DNA of 64,000 nucleotides from Candidatus Heimdallarchaeum endolithica (GTDB lineage Archaea; Asgardarchaeota; Heimdallarchaeia; Heimdallarchaeales; Heimdallarchaeaceae): NCBI GenBank assembly GCA_021513715.1, contig CP084167.1, positions 224,001 to 288,000 of the forward strand, read 5' to 3'. Shown piece by piece: positions 56,764 to 64,000 of this stretch (position 1 is its first letter; each line of letters starts with the position of its first letter). The notes under the pieces were generated by a model. It saw only the letters and a program-made list of their open reading frames with translations, ran no database searches and was not told where the DNA came from. The position numbers and the translations under genes were made by a program.

Positions 56764-59700
56764 CTAATCTTCCATTAATTCTCTAATATTACTATTTGCG
56801 AAAGGTTTGATTTTTTCAAGTTCATCAGTAAATACTATCATTGTTTCAAAAGTAAGCTTTTCTTCAGGTTTTATTTTTGCTAGAGGAGATTGCGCGATTA
56901 TGTTTGAAAGAGTTAAATTGGGTATATATGGTTTTACATAATATCCAAATCGCTTAGAGTTGATTACAACACCTAAATAATAGGGGGCATCTTTATTTTT
57001 GTAAGCTACCCATCTTGTTTCTCTTTTCTTATGTTTCCAAGCTTCACTTTCAAAATCTTGAGTTCTAAAGGTTAAATAAGTCTCACCATTATCAATATAG
57101 TATTTATCTTCTGTTGTCCCTGATGGTTCAAGGTTAATATTTATTACTGGATTAAAGTATCTAGAAACTCCAGAATGGTTGCAAATTTGCTGTTGCACTA
57201 AAAGAAAAGGTGAATCAGGTAGTGTCAAATAGAAATTAGTAACTTGTAATCCTTTAAGATAAGGAGAGTAAGTTATTATTTCGCTTTTCATTCCTACTCC
57301 TTCAAGTCTTCCTTTTCGAACATCAGGTAATAGTTCAAATTTTAGATCTAAATAATCTTGGAAATCCCAACTATTATATTGTGTAATGTGTGGAGCAATT
57401 CCTCCAAAAAAGCGGTTATCCCAGAGAAAGGGTGGACTCTCTGGCCAAAAAGTTTTGAATATATTTTTTTGGTCTTTATAGGATAAAAAGTAAGCCACTC
57501 CATTAAAGTTATGACTTGCACGAAATGTAAGTAATCCATTAGAAACTTGAATATATTTGTTTTTTTCTTCTTTAATCTCTTTTTTGATTGGTTTATCTTT
57601 ACTGTAGAAACATAAACTAATATCTTTTTTATCAATATATGAACCTGTATCTAACATCAATTTTTCTTTTAATGTTTCAAGGGAATCAGGAACATCAATT
57701 TTTAGACTTTGTGAAAACCTAGCAATTTTCTTACCTACTAGTTTTATTGAATTAGGATAAATTTTACCTTCTTTGAATAGAATTTCTCCTTTAAACGCCG
57801 TAGGTAGAAAGGCGTCAAAATTAAAGTAGAATTTAGAGCTATTTTTATCAATAAATAACCCATCAACAATTGATGTTTCTTTTCCTAATGAAATACCATA
57901 AATTCTCATAGGTGAAGGTAGTTCGTCTTCTTCATCAACTAAATATTTACTCAAATATAGTTCAGACCATTTTTCTCTTATACTCTTCCAATCATCAGCA
58001 AAAAAGAAATATGCAGCTGGAAGCTCAATTTTAGTTTTTGGCTCAATAAATGGGAGAATATAATCTACATGCGGAAATGTGCTATCTAAGTATACTTTAT
58101 CTGTTTTTTCTAAATTAAAGAGAAAACCAGCAAAACCATTATCATATTTACAAGCAACCCAACCTTCTTTTAGTTTTGAAGGATCTTTTCCTAATTCAAG
58201 CGATAGTTCGAATAGATTAGAGTAGTAAATTCCTTCTTTTAATGGAATTATCTTATATTTTTGTATTTGATGTTCAGACCACCACCAATATCCATAATGA
58301 ACACCCATGTTCTCTATTTTACTATCTGTAGTATTTTCTAGTTCATAATTAATCTTCAATGGAGATGCATCATGAGGAATAAAGAGTTTTCTTACAACTT
58401 TTATACCCGTCTTATTTTCAGAAAGACCTGTACTTATGAGTAAAAGTCCATGCTCTAACTCTTTTATCTCATGGTCAAGTTTTTTAGTGTAAAACTCTGA
58501 ACCTTCATTGTCAAATGGTAATCCTAAGACGATCGAATTTCCTATTATTTTGAGTTTTCTCTTTTTATCATCGATATAAATCATATTACTACTTAAAGGA
58601 CTTTCATCGAATTTTACTCTGACATACTTATTTTCAACATAGTGGAATTGGTTTATCTTATAGTGAATAGCTTTATCTTTATCAACTATTAATAAAGGTA
58701 AATCAAATGAGCCAATCTCCTTGTTTAACTCACTGGAATAGATTTTAGCTTGTATATAGTCTACTGTAGTATATGTTTTTTCTACTTCTGCATTTATTTC
58801 AACCAAGTTGTCATATATCGAAATTTCTGTTTCTATAGTATTAGAGAGAAAAGAGACATATTTCCCATTTTTAATTTTTAGTGTCCAATTTTGCTTTTCT
58901 CCAGTAAAATTACTGATACTAAAGGGAATAGAGGTCTTTGAAACAGGTAAAACATTTAAGTAATATGGAAAAATCTCAACTTTTACTGGTGATTTAGGAA
59001 TCTTACCAACATATAGATTAAATTCATTTTCACTATACTGAATTTTAAAAGAAACATAATGTTCTACTAGAGATTGTTTGAATTTTTTATCATCAAATTC
59101 AGGAGTAGATGAAAGAAATGAACCTTCAAAAGACAGTTTTATCTTTGTATTTGGTTTAAGTTTAATTTGTTCATCTGTCTTTGTTTCATTTAATATAATT
59201 GATGAAGAGCTAATTATGGAAATATCAAGAGTTTTTTCTTCATTTGTGTTGTTAGAAACTTCTAAGAAAACAGGAAATTTTTCTACTCCTATAAAAGCTT
59301 CAGATTTAGGAGTATAAGCCTTTATAGATATTTCTTCTTTCTCATGTTTTAAATGGAAACCACTAATATATCCAATTGTTCTGTCAATCCAAGTAGTTAA
59401 TTCGAAATCTTCTTTTTCATTTTTGAATTTGTATTCATATATTTTCATTTTTTCAATAAATTCTTTATCTTGCTCTTGAGAAATATGTGGTTTAAAACTG
59501 TCATACCAAGATATTTGCTTAAAAATTGGTTTAAAGAGAGGAAAATTAAGAATTTGGGGGATATAATTTTCCATATAAACTACTGTATCTGGTCTCCACT
59601 TGTATCCTTGTCGTTTATAAAGAGGCATAGCTTTCAAATTTCCTCCCCAAGTATGAAGTGAAATTAACCTTGCTTGTTTTTCCAAAGCAAAATTAGTAGC

Positions 59701-60078
59701 TTTGAGTAATAATGATTTGCCAATTTTTTTACCTTGAAAGGCAGGATCTACTCCTAAAAGAGCCACATACCAAGCATCTTTTAAATGAGAGCTTCTATTA
59801 CAATAACATACTCCAACAATTTTTTGATCTTCATCTTTTGTCAATGCAACAAATTGAGAAGAAAGATCTTTTAACGAATATTCATTCTCAGCCCACTCTT
59901 TAGTAAAAACAAATGATCCTCCAAATCCATCAGGCCAAGAATCAGAATCATTAAAAGAATTAAAGCAACGAGCTATCTCCTTGTAATCTTTTTCTGTTTT
60001 TTGTAATGGTCTGATTTCGATATTGGAGACTGGTTCTGGAAAGATAACCTTTTTTTTATTAATATTCATTTTTTTCAT
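56764..60078 (-). CDS. GNAT acetyltransferase fused to a large beta-rich C-terminal region
   Basis: LLGVDPAFQGKKIGKSLL (acetyl-CoA motif A), LHTWGGNLKAMPLYKRQGY; ~900 aa of further sequence. Confidence 0.85.
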   Translation of the reverse strand: MKKMNINKKKVIFPEPVSNIEIRPLQKTEKDYKEIARCFNSFNDSDSWPDGFGGSFVFTKEWAENEYSLKDLSSQFVALTKDEDQKIVGVCYCNRSSHLKDAWYVALLGVDPAFQGKKIGKSLLLKATNFALEKQARLISLHTWGGNLKAMPLYKRQGYKWRPDTVVYMENYIPQILNFPLFKPIFKQISWYDSFKPHISQEQDKEFIEKMKIYEYKFKNEKEDFELTTWIDRTIGYISGFHLKHEKEEISIKAYTPKSEAFIGVEKFPVFLEVSNNTNEEKTLDISIISSSSIILNETKTDEQIKLKPNTKIKLSFEGSFLSSTPEFDDKKFKQSLVEHYVSFKIQYSENEFNLYVGKIPKSPVKVEIFPYYLNVLPVSKTSIPFSISNFTGEKQNWTLKIKNGKYVSFLSNTIETEISIYDNLVEINAEVEKTYTTVDYIQAKIYSSELNKEIGSFDLPLLIVDKDKAIHYKINQFHYVENKYVRVKFDESPLSSNMIYIDDKKRKLKIIGNSIVLGLPFDNEGSEFYTKKLDHEIKELEHGLLLISTGLSENKTGIKVVRKLFIPHDASPLKINYELENTTDSKIENMGVHYGYWWWSEHQIQKYKIIPLKEGIYYSNLFELSLELGKDPSKLKEGWVACKYDNGFAGFLFNLEKTDKVYLDSTFPHVDYILPFIEPKTKIELPAAYFFFADDWKSIREKWSELYLSKYLVDEEDELPSPMRIYGISLGKETSIVDGLFIDKNSSKFYFNFDAFLPTAFKGEILFKEGKIYPNSIKLVGKKIARFSQSLKIDVPDSLETLKEKLMLDTGSYIDKKDISLCFYSKDKPIKKEIKEEKNKYIQVSNGLLTFRASHNFNGVAYFLSYKDQKNIFKTFWPESPPFLWDNRFFGGIAPHITQYNSWDFQDYLDLKFELLPDVRKGRLEGVGMKSEIITYSPYLKGLQVTNFYLTLPDSPFLLVQQQICNHSGVSRYFNPVININLEPSGTTEDKYYIDNGETYLTFRTQDFESEAWKHKKRETRWVAYKNKDAPYYLGVVINSKRFGYYVKPYIPNLTLSNIIAQSPLAKIKPEEKLTFETMIVFTDELEKIKPFANSNIRELMED

Positions 60079-60389
60079 CTCTTTTCGTAAATGATTGTTC
60101 TTAAAAGATTTGTATTTCGAAGAGAAACAACCTTGAAAGAAATTAATTCTTTGTGAGGGATTGTTTATGTTCTTCTAATTTACAAAAAATCTTCTCCGCC
60201 ATTCTAAACAATCACCTCTTAACTGAAGAAAGAACAATTTTCTATTATTTATTTGTTTCTTTTCAAAACTAAAACAACTAAACAAATTCAAATAAAGAAA
60301 TGAAAATCAAGTAATTTTTAAACACAAAAAATAAAAGGTTAGAAACAGATTGTTTTTTCAGAATTGTTAAATAAAACTTGTGATTTTTT

Positions 60390-60859
60390 ATGACTGATAA
60401 TCAGAAAGCTAAAAATTACCAAAGAAGAGGAAGACCATATATTAAAAATCCGATAACACAGCTTTCTATTATAGAACAAAGTGGAATGGTCCTTTTTCAC
60501 AAATCATATGTTAACACGAATGTAGATGAAGTTCTTTTCTCGGGATTTAGTGCAGCGATAGTGGTTTTTCCAGAGAACTGGGAACAAAATTATATAATAT
60601 CCAAATGGAACAGTTTAAATTTTATTTTAATGATTCAAAAACGTATTTTATTGTAGGAGGATTTCATCCTAAAGTTTGGAGAAGAGATATTAAAAAGATG
60701 ATTCAAGATATCTCTGCTGATTTAAGAGCTATTGAACTTAGTGAGATGATAAAAAAAGGAGTTTTCTACATTCCTGAGGAGTTCCAAAGTCTTATTATTC
60801 AGAGAATGAATGAATTGCAAATAAAGTATCTACTTCGTAAGAAAGAGGATAGAAGTTAA
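60390..60859 (+). CDS. Longin-like protein split by a 1-nt frameshift
   Basis: LSIIEQSGMVLFHK...VDEVLFSGFSAAIVVF continues as SRELGTKLYNIQMEQFKFYF... if one T is added to T5 (60565-60569), joining ORFs 60390..60656 and 60605..60859. Confidence 0.75.
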
Positions 60860-60860
60860 A

Positions 60861-62693
60861 TTACTTTTCTTCTTTATCTAATTTAGGTTCTATCAATACC
60901 TCTGTATCTTGCAATTCTTCTTTTTTCTCCAACAACTCTGTTGTTTTTACATAAGTTTCTGGTTCTTCTATCATTGAATGTTCAGCATGAATGATTGAAT
61001 CGCTTTCTAAGTTAAATGGTAGATAAATTATATCTTTCTCAATATATTTCGCAATTTTATTCAAATCTGGAACAAAATAGGTGTAAGGATCATAATATTT
61101 AGGAGCCAGTAATCTACTCATATTGTATGAAGGTTTTTCATTGTCAAAAGCCAAAAATAAGTTATAAAGATAAATCTCTATTTCATCTGAATGTTGATGA
61201 CCTAGTGAAGCATATAAGTCTTCAAAAACCTCTGAAATTGTCTGTTTAAATTGTTTTATAGAGATTGTACCTATAACTAAACTTAACAAATAACCTAGTA
61301 AAGCAAAAGCAAAAGAATTTCTAGGTTCAAAAGAAGCTTTCTTAGAGACATAAATTAAATCTTTTGCATATTCTTTTAATCTATCAGTTTTATCTTTTGA
61401 AATATCAAGTGTAAGCCTTACCAGTATTCTTAAACCATTCATAGTAGGATAACGATCTTTTCCTGTTTCTGAAAAGACATAAGCAAACTTTTTTTCTACT
61501 TCTTCTAGTAGGGAATAGTCATTTAACTTTAAAGCTATTAATCCACTCCAAGGTATCAATTCTTCTAATAGAAAAGATACTCCGTCTGCTAATTGGCTAT
61601 TTATAAAATCAGGTTGATCCATCATTTCTTTATATCTTTGCAGAAAATTAAAAAAATTGATGAACACAGTTTCTCTAAGAGAGTTTAGGATATTAACATC
61701 ACCCTCTTTAAAGAACTTATAAAGGGAATAAAAACCTTTAACATAAACTTTTGTAAGATCTAATTGATAGAGAGATTCTAAAACAGTTTCATCTTCTAGA
61801 GGAGATTCGTTGTAGCCGAATGTCTTTTTTTCTGCATGCTCTTTTAAATCAGAAATATAAAAATCCAACTTATCAAGAATTTTATAGACTGTTTTCCAGA
61901 AATCTTCAGGAGTTTTAACAGCAAATGTTTCATTTTCTACATTTATCTCTCGGTCAAAAAAGAACTTTTGGCTTATAAGAAAATTGTTTATTATTTCATC
62001 GATTCCAAAAAATAGAGCATAATACATTGAATAATTTGGTTTTGAGGCATTCAACCTTCTTTTCTTTTCCAAAGCAACGTTTTTAGGAATATCCCAGAAT
62101 AAATCACTGTAGTATAAATATTGCTCACAAGCCTTCAAAGCTTCTGTTAACCAATGTTCAACATCATGTTTGTAAACTACATCCAATGTATTAACTAAAG
62201 TAAAGAAGAAACCCATGGCTGAATCAAGATAGTTTAAAATAATTACACGCCTTTTATGAAATTGATGGTGTCCCCAAGGAACATAAAGATCATCAACATT
62301 TAATGTTTGTATTCCTAGTAAAGCATTAGCTAGTGCATTTGCTGTTCCTGCAATGCTTAATTCTCCTGCTTGCCCCCACATATTAGCATAAAAAGTTGCA
62401 AAATTTAATCTGAAAATTTCAATTTCGTACCAAGGGAATAAAAGATCTGAAGGGGTCATATTATTCATTATTTCTGTGATTTTGCCTAAAATTTTTTCAA
62501 AATAATCAGAAGAAGCCTTACTGTTAATGTTAAAATCCATTGGAATCTCCGAGAGGATATCCTTCAATTCATAAATTTTTTGAGATAACAATATTTCAGT
62601 TCTTCGTTCAGAATAATATGCCCAACGCTTGTTCGTCGCAATTTCAAAGATCTCATCTAGCAACAAAAGAATTTTATCGAAGACTTCTGACAT
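60861..62693 (-). CDS. Alpha-helical hypothetical protein
   Basis: 610-aa ORF with helical composition; C-terminal pattern resembles that of 7706..9469. Confidence 0.7.
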   Translation of the reverse strand: MSEVFDKILLLLDEIFEIATNKRWAYYSERRTEILLSQKIYELKDILSEIPMDFNINSKASSDYFEKILGKITEIMNNMTPSDLLFPWYEIEIFRLNFATFYANMWGQAGELSIAGTANALANALLGIQTLNVDDLYVPWGHHQFHKRRVIILNYLDSAMGFFFTLVNTLDVVYKHDVEHWLTEALKACEQYLYYSDLFWDIPKNVALEKKRRLNASKPNYSMYYALFFGIDEIINNFLISQKFFFDREINVENETFAVKTPEDFWKTVYKILDKLDFYISDLKEHAEKKTFGYNESPLEDETVLESLYQLDLTKVYVKGFYSLYKFFKEGDVNILNSLRETVFINFFNFLQRYKEMMDQPDFINSQLADGVSFLLEELIPWSGLIALKLNDYSLLEEVEKKFAYVFSETGKDRYPTMNGLRILVRLTLDISKDKTDRLKEYAKDLIYVSKKASFEPRNSFAFALLGYLLSLVIGTISIKQFKQTISEVFEDLYASLGHQHSDEIEIYLYNLFLAFDNEKPSYNMSRLLAPKYYDPYTYFVPDLNKIAKYIEKDIIYLPFNLESDSIIHAEHSMIEEPETYVKTTELLEKKEELQDTEVLIEPKLDKEEK

Positions 62694-62797
62694 GTTATCT
62701 ACCGTCGCTAGAGAAACAAAGGAACGAACTTTATTTTAAAAGTATACTTATTGACAATTAAGAAATAAGAAAAAATAAAATTGAACTTAAAAAGATT

Positions 62798-63985
62798 CTA
62801 AGCTAAAAGAATAGATACTACGAGTATAAGTGCAATAAAAGCAAGACCAATAAAACCTCCAAATAGTAGTTGCTTTTTGTACTTACGTCTAGTTATTGTA
62901 ATTACTCCTTCTGGACAGATTTCATTACAACTAAAACATGAAATACACTTTGTATAATCAAAATAAGGTCTTTTTTCCTTTTTATCAACTACTATTGCTT
63001 GTACAGGACAGATTTTTTGACAACGTAAACATGCAATACAACCAGAACCTTTGTATTCAGGCTGTTTTTTGTTTAATTCAAAGAATATACCAATTGGAAG
63101 GAAAGAAATAAACTTTTCTGGCATTTTAAATTTATGTTTAACATCATCTATCTTTTCACCAACTATTTCTATGTCATCCAAATTACTTACTCCATAACTG
63201 TTTTCACTGGCAATCCTTGTAGTAAAAACGCGAGAAGGCTTTTCATCCATAATACTTGTTGCTACAGCATCTAAAGCTACAGCATCCTTACTTGCTAAGA
63301 TAAGATCCATTTTAACAGGAGAACCATGAGAAGGTCCATGCCCTTCCATTGCTATAGAAGCATCCATCACATTCATTACAATTTTATCTTTTAATATAGA
63401 ATAAATATCTACTAAACACTTACTGAAGCCTTTAGCAGTATTTCCTACTGCATGTATTCTTGATTTCTCCATTCCAGGTATTGTCCCAAAAAGATTTTTT
63501 ATAGCTAAAGTCACTCTTGTTAAAGTGTGAGTTTTCATCTTTGGAACGTTTATAATTACTGAATTTAGAGACAGGTTAGAGAAAGTTGTTTTTTTAAGTT
63601 TTAAAGGATTCTTTGGTTCTACCTCTGTGGACCCGTTTGATGAAATTTGACAAACAGTTACTCCCTCTTCTTCTAGTTTAGAAAAACCTGTTTTTTCAAT
63701 TACTTTAGAAGTATCAAGTCCACTACCAGATGAATCAGCAACATAAATCTTGCTTTTATAATCTTTTTCTTTTACTATTTTAATTATTGATCTTACAACT
63801 TCAGGGTTTGTAATTATAGGTATAGTTTCTTCTTCTGTCTTTTTAAAAGTAAGTATATTGGGTTTAATTAAAATATCTTTCTCTATTTTATCAGGAAGAC
63901 CACCAGCTAGTTCAATAGCTTCTTTCACTGCAGAAAGAAAGTCACCATTTTTTATTCTAACTATTGCTACTTTAGGCTTTTTCAT
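62798..63985 (-). CDS. DUF362-domain protein with 2x[4Fe-4S] ferredoxin domain and C-terminal TM anchor
   Basis: ILIKPNI, INVPKMKTH...VTLAIKNLFG, MEGHGPSHG, DAVALD; CIACLRCQKICP and CISCFSCNEICP; hydrophobic C-terminus. Confidence 0.9.
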   Translation of the reverse strand: MKKPKVAIVRIKNGDFLSAVKEAIELAGGLPDKIEKDILIKPNILTFKKTEEETIPIITNPEVVRSIIKIVKEKDYKSKIYVADSSGSGLDTSKVIEKTGFSKLEEEGVTVCQISSNGSTEVEPKNPLKLKKTTFSNLSLNSVIINVPKMKTHTLTRVTLAIKNLFGTIPGMEKSRIHAVGNTAKGFSKCLVDIYSILKDKIVMNVMDASIAMEGHGPSHGSPVKMDLILASKDAVALDAVATSIMDEKPSRVFTTRIASENSYGVSNLDDIEIVGEKIDDVKHKFKMPEKFISFLPIGIFFELNKKQPEYKGSGCIACLRCQKICPVQAIVVDKKEKRPYFDYTKCISCFSCNEICPEGVITITRRKYKKQLLFGGFIGLAFIALILVVSILLA

Positions 63986-64000
63986 AAAATCACATAATTT

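Noticed and set aside
5102-62761. Short alternative-frame ORFs in the track (e.g. 5102..5317, 6093..6293, 9573..9836, 10620..10871, 20697..21081, 22910..23122, 24139..24399, 24821..25003, 35250..36279, 38119..38790, 40479..40802, 43369..43551, 45153..46895 minus, 52939..53322, 54264..54508, 57348..59903, 62540..62761)
   Set aside because: All overlap longer, motif-supported genes and show no recognisable motifs.
1-64000. CRISPR arrays, rRNA, tRNA, prophage or integrase genes
   Set aside because: None seen: no 25-40-bp spaced repeats, no long GC-rich structural RNA, and no capsid, terminase or integrase motifs in the ORFs.

Overview
AT-rich, gene-dense archaeal chromosome segment, most likely from an Asgard archaeon (probably Heimdallarchaeia). 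The archaeal assignment rests on Taw1/TYW1, a tungsten AOR, a methanogen-type SerRS and TATA-like promoters. The Asgard assignment rests on at least four longin-like proteins, an Arf-like small GTPase, and HEAT/TPR solenoids. I found no tRNA, rRNA or CRISPR array. The strongest leads are: (1) 26904..27845, a coiled-coil / Pro-Gly-rich / 3x WH2-like / helix / acidic-tail protein resembling an Ena/VASP- or WASP-like actin regulator, with a recent 120-bp duplication of one WH2-like unit; (2) 14543..14868, a 326-bp transposase-less element with 14-bp subterminal inverted repeats, an AGT core at both ends, and an internal structured RNA that contains copies of its own insertion-site flanks, i.e. 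a candidate non-autonomous IS110/IS1111-type bridge/seek-RNA element inside a dehydrogenase pseudogene; (3) a tandem ribbon-helix-helix regulator with two TCATAC triads (9-bp period) in the divergent promoter it shares with a heterodimeric ABC exporter; (4) a degenerate Arf-like GTPase plus tandem-longin gene pair near a HEAT solenoid; (5) two inverted paralogous giant FtsX/MacB-like permease plus double-ATPase operons. All calls come from reading motifs by eye; no searches were run.
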